64,000 nt of DNA from Thermodesulfobacteriota bacterium. GTDB taxonomy: Bacteria; Desulfobacterota; BSN033; UBA1163. This document shows positions 50,959 to 61,282 of the stretch, piece by piece (within the stretch, counting starts at the first letter, position 1; the number at the start of each line of letters is the position of its first letter). The stretch spans positions 8,378-72,377 of the forward strand of contig DAIPKW010000003.1 of the NCBI GenBank assembly GCA_036769565.1, written 5' to 3'. The translations under genes were made by a program, and so were the position numbers. The notes under the pieces are model-generated. The model made no database searches. It had not been told where the DNA came from and saw only the letters and a list, made by a program, of their open reading frames with translations.

Positions 50959-53028
50959 ATGGTTTGGATCGGAGTTGCTGGGCTAACAGGATTGATTGCT
51001 TTGTTCTTCGTTCTTTACACAGCCAAAAAGGTGATGAAACAGGACCCGGGAACACCTCAGATGGTAGCGATTTCTGAGGCGGTCCATGAAGGAGCAATGG
51101 CTTTTTTGAAAAGGGAATATAAAGCCATCAGCCTCTTTGCTGTAATCGTGGCGCTTCTTTTAGCGATCGGGCTAAAGGACCAAGGATGGCATTTCTCCAT
51201 CTTTACCGCAATCTCCTATCTGGTGGGAGCGGCATGTTCGCTGGTGGCAGGTTATGTGGGATTGAGCATTGCTACGAGAGCCAATACTCGAACTGCTCAG
51301 GCAGCCACCAAGGGGTTCAATCAGGCATTATCCGTTGCTTTTCCAGGCGGAGCCGTGATGGGATTGACCGTTGTGGGATTGGGGCTCCTGGTCTTCTCGG
51401 TCGTCTTTATCCTCCTTGGGAATTTGGCTCTTGGAGGTATCGTCGAGAAGATGACCGAAGCTGCAGGAATTATCGCAGGTTTTAGCATGGGCGCAAGTTC
51501 GGTCGCCCTCTTTGCAAGAGTCGGGGGAGGGATCTATACCAAAGCCGCTGATGTGGGTGCGGACTTAGTAGGGAAAGTGGAGGCAGGAATTCCAGAGGAT
51601 GATCCGAGAAATCCGGCGACGATTGCCGATAACGTGGGTGACAATGTCGGTGATGTTGCAGGAATGGGTGCAGACCTCTATGAATCGTATATTGGGTCTT
51701 TGCTTTCAGGAGTCATTATAGCGGTGACTACCCTTCCAACCCCGGAGCTGAAGATCAAGGGTGTTATCCTCTGTTTTATCCTCTATGCCATTGGAATCGT
51801 TGCCTCGATCCTCGGAGTCTTCTTTGTTCGGACGGACGAGAAATCGGATCCACGAAAGGCACTGAACAAAGGGACCTACGCCAGCTCGATCCTCTACTCC
51901 ATCGGTGCGCTGATTCTGGTTTGGGGGATGTTTGAAGGAAACCTTTCCTACTTCCTGGCTACCTTCTCAGGTATTGTTTCTGGAACGGTGATCGGGTATA
52001 CGGCCTTCTACTACACCTCAGGGAAATCGGTTCAGAGGTTAGCGAATGCAAGCATCACGGGTTCAGCCACAACGATCATTCATGGATTTGCCTTGAGCTG
52101 TCGAAGCACCATTATTCCATTGGTGGTCATTGGAATCGCCATCCTGATCTCCTTTAAATTAGGCGGTTTCTTCGGCATTGCTCTTGCCGCCATCGGTATG
52201 CTTGCCATCACTGGAATGGTTGTCTCCGTGGATGCCTATGGACCCATTGCGGATAATTCCGGAGGCATTGCCGAGATGGCCCACATGGGCAAGGATATAA
52301 GGAAGATCACCGATTCTCTGGATGCGGCAGGAAATACTACGGCGGCCATTGGGAAGGGTTTTGCTATTGGATCGGCCGCATTGACTGCCCTGGCTCTTTT
52401 CCTCTCTTATACACAGGTGATGGGCCTTTCAGCGATTGATATCATGAGTGAAGGTGGCGGATATAAGATCGTAGCAGGCGTCTTTATCGGTGCCATTATC
52501 CCTTACTACTTTGCCGGCGCAACGATGATGGCTGTGGGAAGGGCGGCCTTCAATGTGGTCAATGAGGTTCGAAGGCAGTTTAAGGAGATTAAAGGATTGA
52601 TGGAGGGAACAGCAAGGGCGGAATATGCGCGATGTGTTGACATCACCACGGCCGGCGCACTCAAAGAGATGGTCGCTCCTGGAGTCATGGCTGTTCTCAT
52701 CCCAATCGTCTTAGGAAGTATCCTCGGTCCCGAAGCCTTAGCAGGCATGCTCTTAGGATCTCTTGCCACAGGAGTTCCCCTTGCGCTTCAGATGGCCAAT
52801 GCAGGAGGAGCTTGGGACAATGCTAAGAAGTGGATTGAGGAAGGGAATCTTGGGGGAAAGGGATCCGATACACACAAAGCCGCTGTTGTGGGAGACACCG
52901 TAGGCGATCCTTTCAAAGACACCTCGGGTCCCTCGATGAACATCCTGTTGAAATTGATGACCGTGGTCTCCCTGGTTTTCGGACCGATGATCCTGGTCAT
53001 CCACAAATGGATTGTGTCACTCTTCTGA
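50959..53028 (+). CDS. hppA: membrane-bound proton/sodium-translocating pyrophosphatase
   Basis: [28 protein letters not shown] and about 16 TM segments. Confidence 0.9.
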   Translation: MVWIGVAGLTGLIALFFVLYTAKKVMKQDPGTPQMVAISEAVHEGAMAFLKREYKAISLFAVIVALLLAIGLKDQGWHFSIFTAISYLVGAACSLVAGYVGLSIATRANTRTAQAATKGFNQALSVAFPGGAVMGLTVVGLGLLVFSVVFILLGNLALGGIVEKMTEAAGIIAGFSMGASSVALFARVGGGIYTKAADVGADLVGKVEAGIPEDDPRNPATIADNVGDNVGDVAGMGADLYESYIGSLLSGVIIAVTTLPTPELKIKGVILCFILYAIGIVASILGVFFVRTDEKSDPRKALNKGTYASSILYSIGALILVWGMFEGNLSYFLATFSGIVSGTVIGYTAFYYTSGKSVQRLANASITGSATTIIHGFALSCRSTIIPLVVIGIAILISFKLGGFFGIALAAIGMLAITGMVVSVDAYGPIADNSGGIAEMAHMGKDIRKITDSLDAAGNTTAAIGKGFAIGSAALTALALFLSYTQVMGLSAIDIMSEGGGYKIVAGVFIGAIIPYYFAGATMMAVGRAAFNVVNEVRRQFKEIKGLMEGTARAEYARCVDITTAGALKEMVAPGVMAVLIPIVLGSILGPEALAGMLLGSLATGVPLALQMANAGGAWDNAKKWIEEGNLGGKGSDTHKAAVVGDTVGDPFKDTSGPSMNILLKLMTVVSLVFGPMILVIHKWIVSLF

Positions 53029-53031
53029 TTT

Positions 53032-53116
53032 GAGGTTTCAGATTGCAGATTGCAGATTGAAGGTTGAAAAAACTAAATTTCGTTTTGGTACTCAATCTTA
53101 AATCTAAAATCTGCAA
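53032..53116. repeat. bidirectional hairpin with GATTGCA tandem-unit arms between the convergent hppA and DAC genes
   Basis: gaggtttcagattgcagattgcagattgaagg ... ctcaatcttaaatctaaaatctgcaatctgaaat. Confidence 0.45.
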
Positions 53117-53128
53117 TCTGAAATTAAT

Positions 53129-54004
53129 CTATTCTCCTTTTTCGATTTCCATAAAAATCTTTCCATGATGAAAGATTCTTACCCCACCTGTCTCCTCTGA
53201 GATGACAATGGCTAAGGCATCGGTCAGTCGTGTGATTCCGGCTGCGGCCCGATGGCGGCTTCCAAGACCGAGCGGAATCTCGATATTCTCTCCGGAGGCG
53301 TCGAGATGGCGGCCAGCTGCCAAGATGACGCCGTCATCACGAAAGATAAAGGCTCCATCGATGGAGGAGAACTCCTTTACGGTCTCTTTAAGACGATGGT
53401 CAAGAATATTTCTCTCCTCCTCCGGATAGCCTTGAAAAGGATTGATCACCATTGGATGAGAAAATTTCATGACCTCATCATGTCGGCCAAGTACAAAGAT
53501 GGTTCCAACAGGTTTCCTTCCCTCTTTTCCCTCAGCGGAGATCTCAAGGGCGAGGTTGAGAACGGTCTCAAAGACTTCCGGTCTCACAATCTCCGAAATC
53601 ACTGGAAGATCAGAGGAGGAAAGGATCTCAAACTCTTTACCGAATTCGAGGATGAGAAGATTGTCAAGGGCTTTGGATTGCGGCATTCCGGATAAGCAGA
53701 TCCATTTATCCCCTTTTTGAACCAGCCCTTTTGAGAGGGCCTGGATGATGGCCATCTTGATCTGATTGATTCGACCCAATGGAAGATCGGGAATTCGAAG
53801 AACCTTATCGAAAAAAGAAAGGGCTTCTTGGAGAGAGGTCTCGTCTTTGATGGCGAGGATCAGATCCACCTCCTTCTCCTCTCCAATCTTTGCCAAGCCT
53901 TCGTAATCTTCGATCAGATCCGCATAAAGAAGCACTCCCTTTGATTTCGTCTTCTTTACGGCATTGCAGGCCATCTCCACCATCAGGCGATTTTGCTGTT
54001 TCAC
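53129..54004 (-). CDS. diadenylate cyclase (DAC/DisA_N domain) with a soluble N-terminal domain, CdaZ/DacZ-like architecture
   Basis: C-terminal DGAFIFRDDG...GSRHRAAAGITRLTDALAIVISEETGGV carries the DGA and RHR motifs. N-terminal ~150 aa soluble domain resembles a pyruvate-kinase C-terminal fold, as far as I can judge; no TM helices and no DisA HhH domain. Confidence 0.7.
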   Translation of the reverse strand: MKQQNRLMVEMACNAVKKTKSKGVLLYADLIEDYEGLAKIGEEKEVDLILAIKDETSLQEALSFFDKVLRIPDLPLGRINQIKMAIIQALSKGLVQKGDKWICLSGMPQSKALDNLLILEFGKEFEILSSSDLPVISEIVRPEVFETVLNLALEISAEGKEGRKPVGTIFVLGRHDEVMKFSHPMVINPFQGYPEEERNILDHRLKETVKEFSSIDGAFIFRDDGVILAAGRHLDASGENIEIPLGLGSRHRAAAGITRLTDALAIVISEETGGVRIFHHGKIFMEIEKGE

Positions 54005-54128
54005 GGATTCCCCCTTTTGTCTTGCCTCACCCGAAGACTTTTAACCCAAGGCTTTATTTTCTTACCTTTTTATTATACAAATAATTGTTAGAAAGTAAAA
54101 GTCTTTAGTTTAAGGGCAAGTCTAAGGA

Positions 54129-54166
54129 CGCCAGTTTCGTTGAAGGGTTAGGTCATTCGTCTTTAA
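54129..54166 (+). repeat. 38-nt conserved element (copy 2), 46 nt upstream of ychF
   Basis: gccagtttcgttgaagggttaggtcattcgtctttaag matches 4752..4789 at 32 of 38 positions. Confidence 0.55.
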
Positions 54167-54211
54167 GACCATAACCGGTACCTTTTCACGTTAACCGATT
54201 TCGGGGGCAGA

Positions 54212-55306
54212 ATGGGATTTCGGTGTGGTATTGTCGGACTTCCCAACGTCGGGAAATCGACGATTTTTAATGCCCTAACGGCTGCAGGGGCAGAGGTTGC
54301 GAATTACCGCTTCTGCACCATCCAGCCCAATCTGGGCATTGTCCCTGTTCCAGATAGGAGATTGGAGGAATTAGCCCGACGCATTCATCCCAAGAAAGTC
54401 ACGCCTACAACGCTTGAATTCTTTGATATTGCTGGATTGGTCAAAGGGGCAAGCAAGGGAGAAGGATTGGGGAACCAGTTTCTGGACCATATTCGGAATG
54501 TGGATGCCATTGCCCATACGATTCGGTGTTTTGAAAACAGCAATGTGGCCCACGATTTCGGTTCAATTGATCCGGTGAGAGACATCGAGGTGGTGAATAC
54601 GGAGCTCATTCTCGCCGATCTTCAGACCCTTGAAAAGAGGATGGCGAAGGTTGAGAAACTTCATCGGGTCGGAGCTAAAGAGAGCGCACTGGAATTAGAG
54701 GTCTACCATGAAGTTCAGGCTGTGCTCAATAGGGGACAGATTGCGGGCACTCTCCATTTTACCGGCGAGAAAAAGGCCATTTTTTCAGACCTCCATCTTT
54801 TGACCTCAAAACCTCTCTTCTATGTGGCCAATGTTGATCAGAAGGAAATAAGAGGAGAGGGAAGCTGTTTAAAGACGATGTTAGATTGGGCAGAGAGGGA
54901 AGGAGTCAAAGTGGTGGTCATCTGTGGCGACCTCGAAGCCGAGCTTTCCGAATTGAAGGAAGAGGAGAGGGAGGAGTTCCGAAAGGAATTGGGCCTGGAA
55001 GGGTCAAGCTTAGAGAGGTTGGTGCGGGTGGGCTACGAAGTTCTCGATCTGGTCACCTTTTATACAACGGTCAGTTCCGAACTCAGGGCCTGGACAGTTA
55101 CGAAAGGGACTCCGGCTCCCAAAGCAGCGGGTAAGATTCACACCGATATGGAGCGAGGATTTATACGTGCAGAGGTGACCTCTTTTGAAGATTTTATTGC
55201 CTGTGGCTCAGAACATCTGGTCAAAGAGAAGGGGCTCCTCCGATCCGAAGGCAAAGAATATCTCGTTCGGGATGGAGACATCATCCACTTTAGGTTTCAT
55301 GTGTAA
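54212..55306 (+). CDS. ychF: ribosome-binding ATPase YchF (Ola1)
   Basis: GIVGLPNVGKST and the C-terminal TGS domain. Confidence 0.9.
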   Translation: MGFRCGIVGLPNVGKSTIFNALTAAGAEVANYRFCTIQPNLGIVPVPDRRLEELARRIHPKKVTPTTLEFFDIAGLVKGASKGEGLGNQFLDHIRNVDAIAHTIRCFENSNVAHDFGSIDPVRDIEVVNTELILADLQTLEKRMAKVEKLHRVGAKESALELEVYHEVQAVLNRGQIAGTLHFTGEKKAIFSDLHLLTSKPLFYVANVDQKEIRGEGSCLKTMLDWAEREGVKVVVICGDLEAELSELKEEEREEFRKELGLEGSSLERLVRVGYEVLDLVTFYTTVSSELRAWTVTKGTPAPKAAGKIHTDMERGFIRAEVTSFEDFIACGSEHLVKEKGLLRSEGKEYLVRDGDIIHFRFHV

Positions 55307-55435
55307 GGAAAGTCAATCACCCAGAAATTGTATTCAAATCCCAAACGATTTTTTTATTTGGAGCTTGGAATTTAGTCACTGGTATTTTATAGTTTTGAAA
55401 ACGATCAACCATACATTCTGAGACAAAAGCCTCCC

Positions 55436-56011
55436 ATGAAAACTCTCCGTTACCTATTCTATATGATTCCCGTCCTCTTCAGTTTCATAAAAGATATCTT
55501 TCTCAAGGATCTCTCGAGAGAGGAGAATCGTCTCCATTATCTTTTCGGAAAAGCCAATGCTTATGACCAGGCCGGTCTGATAGATCGGGCCATCCGGATC
55601 TATCAGGAGATATTGAGGAAAGATCCTCATTCAATTCCCGTCTTTATGAATCTCGGGGGTCTCTGTTTCCGAAGGGGAATGTTCGAAAGCGCAATTCCTT
55701 ATTACACGAAGGTGGTTAATCTTAACCCCAAACACTATCAGGGCTATTACTGGCTGGCTGTCTGCTACTGGAAATTAGGACGGTATTATGCAGCCATCAA
55801 CACTTTGGAGGAGGTCATTGAATTCCTCCCCACCTTTAAAGATGCCCTCAACTTGATGGGCGATTGCTATGAGAAAGTAGGAGAAGGGGCAAAAGCCGAG
55901 CATTACTACTTGAAGGCAATCAGTGCAGACCCAGAAGGTTTGGTCATCCATAGCGGAATACTGAATCGTTCGATTCAGGATAAGAAGAAAGAGGAAAGGG
56001 TAAGACATTAA
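55436..56011 (+). CDS. TPR repeat protein
   Basis: Several 34-aa W/LG/Y..A..Y..A TPR-like repeats. Confidence 0.55.
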   Translation: MKTLRYLFYMIPVLFSFIKDIFLKDLSREENRLHYLFGKANAYDQAGLIDRAIRIYQEILRKDPHSIPVFMNLGGLCFRRGMFESAIPYYTKVVNLNPKHYQGYYWLAVCYWKLGRYYAAINTLEEVIEFLPTFKDALNLMGDCYEKVGEGAKAEHYYLKAISADPEGLVIHSGILNRSIQDKKKEERVRH

Positions 56012-56365
56012 GAGACAATCAACCTATCTCCTACCATGAGCCATTTCACCTCTCCTCTTTTTTCTGTGCTTTTTTCTTCGCTGAAAGATATTTTTCCTCA
56101 TCGATGATGCGGGGGGATATTCCCTGGAATCCTCCGAGGTTGGGATCGGGAGGTAGAAGGATCCAGGCGATCCCAAACTCTTTATCCACCTTAACCACCT
56201 TGTCTTCTGGTCGAAGCTTCTTCATGGAAGCGAATTACACGAATAATAGCGAATGGCACGAATTGCATGAGCCATTTGCGTTTTTTCTATCTATTATGAT
56301 TAGCATGATTAATCATTCCAATTCAAGAGATAATGGATTTGTTTAGAAAGTAAACATTTAAAAAG

Positions 56366-57262
56366 ATGGGTTCGAAAAACCGTTTTAAAGAGATCCGGCA
56401 CGTCCTGATTTATACCCTTTTTCTCAATTGGGGAGTAGCAGGAGCAAAACTGATCTATGGTTGGCTCATCCAATCTGTCAGCATGAAGGCGGATGGTTTC
56501 CATTCTTTCACAGATGGCTCCTCAAATCTCATTGGCCTCTTAGGCATCTGGATTGCCTCTCGGCCTATTGACCCAAACCATCCTTATGGCCATAAGAAGT
56601 TCGAAACCTTAACTACAGTGGCTATCTCCGCAATACTCTTTGTTGTCTGCTTCAATGTGATCCGAGAAGGGATCACTCGCTTCATGGATCCAGTGCCTCC
56701 TCGGGTGGACATTCGGGCTTTTCTTGTAATGTTCGTGACATTGGCGATCAATATAATCGTCATGATCTACGAGAGTAAAAAGGGGAAGGAGCTAGAAAGC
56801 GATGTGCTCGTTTCGGATGCACTTCACACTCGTGCCGATATCCTGACCTCTTTCTCTGTCCTCATCGCCCTGATCGCAGTCAAAATGGGTTATCCCATCG
56901 TTGATCCGATCGTCTCATTGGCCATAGCGGTTTTTATCGGATATGCGGCTGTCCAGATCTTACGTGAGAGTACGCGAGTGCTCAGCGATGGAATAGCGAT
57001 TCCCATCCAGGAGATCGAGAAGGTCGTTCTTGCGATTAAAGGGGTTAAGGCGTGCCATCAAATCCGGAGCAGAGGACGGGGAGATGATATCCATATAGAT
57101 CTCCATATCCTGGTTGATCGAGACATGGATGTTCACAGGGCCCATCATCTCTCCTACGCCATCGAGAATAAAATCAAAAGGGATTTTCCAGGGGTAACGG
57201 ATGTATTGGTTCATATCGAACCCCTGGAAAGCGGAGATGGAAAGAATAGAAAGGGAGCCTGA
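56366..57262 (+). CDS. cation diffusion facilitator family transporter (CzcD/FieF-like)
   Basis: Six TM segments with HxxxD motifs (HSFTDGSSN, HTRADILTS) and a C-terminal cytoplasmic domain. Confidence 0.8.
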   Translation: MGSKNRFKEIRHVLIYTLFLNWGVAGAKLIYGWLIQSVSMKADGFHSFTDGSSNLIGLLGIWIASRPIDPNHPYGHKKFETLTTVAISAILFVVCFNVIREGITRFMDPVPPRVDIRAFLVMFVTLAINIIVMIYESKKGKELESDVLVSDALHTRADILTSFSVLIALIAVKMGYPIVDPIVSLAIAVFIGYAAVQILRESTRVLSDGIAIPIQEIEKVVLAIKGVKACHQIRSRGRGDDIHIDLHILVDRDMDVHRAHHLSYAIENKIKRDFPGVTDVLVHIEPLESGDGKNRKGA

Positions 57263-57301
57263 ACTTCCTGTTCAAGCCCCCTTGGACTGTTCCTCCCGGA
57301 A

Positions 57302-57534
57302 TTACTCTTTCTTGCCTTCTTTAGCAGATGCTTTCTCTTCTTTTTCCAGCTCTGCCTTCGATTTGATCTCACTGATGTAGTAGATGAGGACACCTGCACC
57401 GATCAGGATGAGAAGGATGGGCAGGGTCGCCATCAAGCCCTTGACGAACATCGGCCACCAAATAATCAGAAGAATCAACCCGACGACGACAACGATCACG
57501 CCAATGATAACCCCTAACACATTCGACATCATCC
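57302..57534 (-). CDS. small two-TM membrane protein
   Basis: MMSNVLGVIIGVIVVVVGLILLIIWWP...; strong GGAGGTGAGG RBS on the reverse strand. Confidence 0.4.
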
Positions 57535-57688
57535 TCACCTCCTTTTTTATCGAAGAATCGTTGATGCAAAAGTTACCAAATTGAAGATGGGAAGTCAAGA
57601 TTGAAAGTCATGCTTTACTCTTGCAAACATTTGGAGGGACTGTTAAATTGGGATGGTGAAGTCCAAACTGAGAAGATAGGAGGAAACA

Positions 57689-58621
57689 ATGGCTGTTCAA
57701 ATGAAAGGGAGATCGTTGGCGACGCTGAACGATCTGTCAAGAGAAGAGATTGAGCAGATTCTAAAAACATCGGAGTTATTGAAACTTCAACTTATCCGTG
57801 GCCAGGAACATCCTTTGCTCAAAGGAAAAACATTGGCCATGATCTTTGAGAAGCCCTCCACTCGGACCAGGGTCTCTTTTGAAGTGGGGATGTGGCAGCT
57901 TGGAGGCTATGCCCTCTATCTCAGCACCAATGACCTTCAATTAGGTCGGGGAGAGACGATTGCGGATACCGCCCGAACGCTGTCCCGGTATGTCAATGGA
58001 ATCATGGCAAGGGTCTTTGCCCACCAGACGATCATTGATCTGATCCGATATTCATCTGTGCCTGTGATCAATGGCCTTTCTGATTTCTCCCATCCCTGTC
58101 AGGGGCTTGCCGACCTGTTCACTGTCTATGAAAAGAAGGGGCGACTCGAAGGTCTAAAGATGGCCTATGTTGGAGACGGTAACAACGTTGCCCATTCATT
58201 GATCGAGGGCTGTTCAAAAGTGGGAATGAATATCATTCTTGCCTGCCCCAAAGGGTATGAACCCGATCCTAAGGTTGTGGCACAGGGGAAGAAAGACGCC
58301 CAGAAGAACGGATCGGACGTGAGGGTCACGAATGATCCAAAGGAAGCGGTCAAGGGAGCGGATGTCATCTATACCGATGTCTGGGCAAGCATGGGCAAAG
58401 AAAAGGAACATGCCCAGAGAGTAAAGATTCTGAAACCCTACCAGGTCAATTCGAAGCTGGCTAAAGGTGCCAAAGAAGATTTTATTTTTATGCATTGCCT
58501 CCCTGCACACAGAGGAGAAGAGGTGACCGATGAGGTGGCTGATTCGGCGAATAGCGTCATCTTTGATCAGGCCGAAAACAGACTTCATACTCAGAAAGCA
58601 TTGATGGCGCTGGTGATGTAA
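57689..58621 (+). CDS. argF: ornithine carbamoyltransferase
   Basis: STRTR, HPCQ, DVWASMG and FMHCLPA are the OTC signature set. Confidence 0.85.
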   Translation: MAVQMKGRSLATLNDLSREEIEQILKTSELLKLQLIRGQEHPLLKGKTLAMIFEKPSTRTRVSFEVGMWQLGGYALYLSTNDLQLGRGETIADTARTLSRYVNGIMARVFAHQTIIDLIRYSSVPVINGLSDFSHPCQGLADLFTVYEKKGRLEGLKMAYVGDGNNVAHSLIEGCSKVGMNIILACPKGYEPDPKVVAQGKKDAQKNGSDVRVTNDPKEAVKGADVIYTDVWASMGKEKEHAQRVKILKPYQVNSKLAKGAKEDFIFMHCLPAHRGEEVTDEVADSANSVIFDQAENRLHTQKALMALVM

Positions 58622-58764
58622 CGGAAAGGGTTCAAGGGGGCAAGTGACCAAGGGTTCAAGTGAGATATCATCAATGAAGTCTTGAACCCTTGATTCCGGA
58701 AATCCTTGAGTCGTGTCCCACTTGAAGGAGCGGATATTGAAAAAACAGATCATATTGACGGTTA

Positions 58765-60141
58765 ATGGCGCAGGGGGAGATGGAAATGAAACAGAAGTAT
58801 GACATCCTGATTCAAAAGGGATTGGTCGTTTCAGGGGCTGGAATTCGTAAGGCGGATGTCGGGATCAAGGGAGAGAAGATTGTCAGGGTTGGACCGGGCT
58901 TAAAAAAAGAGGAGGCAGGCAGAATCATTGATGCTACTGGAAAGTATGTATTGCCGGGTGTGATTGATGTCCATGTCCATCCGGTCTATGAAGATGATAT
59001 GGGAGGCCTCTCTTTGACTGCAGCCTATGGAGGTGTAACCACGCTCATCCACTTTGCCTATGCCAAGCCCGGGATGAAACTGATTGATACGATCAAACAG
59101 TATCAAGAGGATGGATCAAAGAGATCGTATCTCGATTTTGCAATTCACGGAACCTTATTTGATCCGGCCAACCAGATCGAAGAGATTCCAGCGGCTTTTG
59201 AATTCGGTGTGACTTCCTTTAAGATGTTTATGGCTTATGCGAAGCTGAAGTGGATGACCGATGATTACCATCTGGCTAAGGCGATGGATTTGATAGCGGA
59301 ATGCGGCGGAATGGCCATGGTCCATGCAGAAAACGGAATGGTCACCGACTATTTCGAAGATCGCTCTTTAAAGAGAGGAGAGGATCAGAAAAAAGTTTTT
59401 CTGAAGACGAGGCCTGATTATATTGAGGCAGAGGCCATCTTCAGAGCCATCTCCATTGCAGCGGTCACGCATTGCCCTCTTTATGTGGTTCATCTCAGTA
59501 CGGCAAGAGGTATTCTACCAATTCAGCAAGCCAAGGCAGAAGGTCAGATGGTCTATGTGGAAACGTGTCCCCAGTACCTTACGATGACAGATGCCAAGCT
59601 CCAAAAGTTAGGTCCACTGGCGAAGATTGGGCCTCCTCTTCGAACAGAGAGAGACCGGCTTGCCCTTTGGAAGGCAATACAAAAAGGGATCATTGATACT
59701 GTGGCCAGTGACCATGCGCCAAAGGCGAAGAAGATGGAAGATCCATTCTTTGAAGCTCCCTATGGTTCTCCTCAGACTGAGACGATGTTTACAGTGATTT
59801 ATGACGAGGGTGTGAATAAAGGAAGAGTGAAACTGAGTAAATTAGTTCGACTCTTTTCAGAAAATCCTGCCAAGATCTTTGGCCTCTATCCAAAGAAAGG
59901 GACGATTCAAAAGGGGTCGGATGCAGATATTGTCATCTTTGACCCGAAACAGGTCCATACCATCCACCATCAAACCCAGCATTCCAGAGCACCCTATACG
60001 CTTTATGAAGGGAGAAGATGTAAAGGGAAACCGGTACTTTTGATGCAGAGGGGAAAAGTGTTGATCGAGGATGATGAAATAAAAGGAAAACCAGGTGAAG
60101 GGATGTTTCTACCGACCAAGATCACTGGGGTTAAATTATAA
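58765..60141 (+). CDS. cyclic amidohydrolase of the dihydropyrimidinase/hydantoinase family (could act as a dihydroorotase-like enzyme)
   Basis: Metal-binding DVHVH, carbamylated-lysine motif GVTSFKMFMAY typical of hydantoinase/dihydropyrimidinase, and length of 458 aa. Confidence 0.7.
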   Translation: MAQGEMEMKQKYDILIQKGLVVSGAGIRKADVGIKGEKIVRVGPGLKKEEAGRIIDATGKYVLPGVIDVHVHPVYEDDMGGLSLTAAYGGVTTLIHFAYAKPGMKLIDTIKQYQEDGSKRSYLDFAIHGTLFDPANQIEEIPAAFEFGVTSFKMFMAYAKLKWMTDDYHLAKAMDLIAECGGMAMVHAENGMVTDYFEDRSLKRGEDQKKVFLKTRPDYIEAEAIFRAISIAAVTHCPLYVVHLSTARGILPIQQAKAEGQMVYVETCPQYLTMTDAKLQKLGPLAKIGPPLRTERDRLALWKAIQKGIIDTVASDHAPKAKKMEDPFFEAPYGSPQTETMFTVIYDEGVNKGRVKLSKLVRLFSENPAKIFGLYPKKGTIQKGSDADIVIFDPKQVHTIHHQTQHSRAPYTLYEGRRCKGKPVLLMQRGKVLIEDDEIKGKPGEGMFLPTKITGVKL

Positions 60142-60181
60142 ATCCATAGAAGATCGGGTGATCTGCAATGAGGAGGTCAAT

Positions 60182-61111
60182 ATGGCATGTCTCAAAGGAA
60201 AAGATATTCTTCATGGAAATCAGTTTACAAGGAAAGAGATTGAAGCCATCCTGAAGGTGGCCTCGGAATTTGAAAAGGAATTGAAGAAGAAGGATACCCT
60301 TCCTCTGTTAAAAGGAAAGATCCTGGCCACCCTCTTCTTCGAACCGAGCACCCGAACTCGACTCTCTTTTGAAACGGCCATGCAAAGGTTAGGTGGCGGC
60401 GTGATCGGGATGGGTTCGGTGGAGAGCTCCTCTGTTGCTAAGGGTGAAACATTATTGGACACTGTTCGCACCGTTGCCCAGTATGCAGATGTCATTGTCC
60501 TGAGACATCCACGTCTCGGATCTGCCAAAGAGGCCGCAGATGCCGTCCCGATCCCAATCATCAATGCCGGGGATGGAGCAGGCCAGCATCCCACACAGGC
60601 ATTACTTGACATGTACACCATCCAGAAAGAGATAGGTTCCCTTAAGAACTTAACCGTCTCCCTCGTAGGAGACCTGAAATATGGTCGGACCGTTCATGCC
60701 CTGGTTGAGCTTCTATCCCTTTTCAAGGCCAAAATCTATATGGTTTCCCCGGCTCTTCTGAGAATGCCCACAGAGATTACCACCGGATTGAAAGAGAATG
60801 GGATTGAGGTGATCGAAACCGAAGATATGGTTGAAGCGGCTAATGCGAGCAGTATCCTTTATATGACACGGATCCAGAAAGAGAGGTTCGCTGACCTCTC
60901 TGAATATGAAAGGCTTAAAGGCAGTTTTGTCCTTAATCGAGCCTTTCTCAATAAATTGAAGAGGAAGGTGACGATCCTTCATCCCCTTCCGAGAGTGGAT
61001 GAGATTGATCCAGAAGTAGACACCTATCCAGGAGCTGCCTATTTTAGACAGATGAGAAACGGTATCTTCGTGAGAATGGCACTATTAGCTATGATTTTTG
61101 GCAAAAGATGA
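60182..61111 (+). CDS. pyrB: aspartate carbamoyltransferase catalytic chain-like transcarbamylase
   Basis: STRTR, HPTQ, GDLKYGRTVHAL and LHPLPR are ATCase-type signatures. Start at ATG 60182 follows a strong GAGGAGG RBS; the track ORF starts earlier. Confidence 0.8.
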   Translation: MACLKGKDILHGNQFTRKEIEAILKVASEFEKELKKKDTLPLLKGKILATLFFEPSTRTRLSFETAMQRLGGGVIGMGSVESSSVAKGETLLDTVRTVAQYADVIVLRHPRLGSAKEAADAVPIPIINAGDGAGQHPTQALLDMYTIQKEIGSLKNLTVSLVGDLKYGRTVHALVELLSLFKAKIYMVSPALLRMPTEITTGLKENGIEVIETEDMVEAANASSILYMTRIQKERFADLSEYERLKGSFVLNRAFLNKLKRKVTILHPLPRVDEIDPEVDTYPGAAYFRQMRNGIFVRMALLAMIFGKR

Positions 61112-61115
61112 CCGT

Positions 61116-61262
61116 CAAATTCCAATAACCAAATTCTAAGCTCCAAATAATAACCGATGACCAATAACCAAACTCAAATTAGCAATTAAAACATTTAAGA
61201 AAAAGTGTCTTTGGGTATTGGTGCTTGGAGCTTATTTGGATATTGGTGATTGGAATTTGGTT
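61116..61262. repeat. intergenic hairpin with CCAATAACCAAA / TTTGGTATTGG unit arms between pyrB and arcC
   Basis: caaattccaataaccaaattctaagctccaaataataacc ... tttgggtattggtgcttggagcttatttggatattggtgattggaatttgg. Confidence 0.45.
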
Positions 61263-61282
61263 ATTCACTTATGAGGATATCT

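Noticed and set aside
56259-56275. TGGCAC-N3-TTGCA sequence resembling a sigma-54 promoter
   Set aside because: The spacing between the GG and GC elements is two nt too short, and sigma-54 binding is very sensitive to spacing.
56104-56346. 80-aa plus-strand ORF in the TPR|CDF spacer
   Set aside because: No RBS, a low-complexity product, and it overlaps the alternative minus-strand small ORF. Neither is well supported, so I did not call it.
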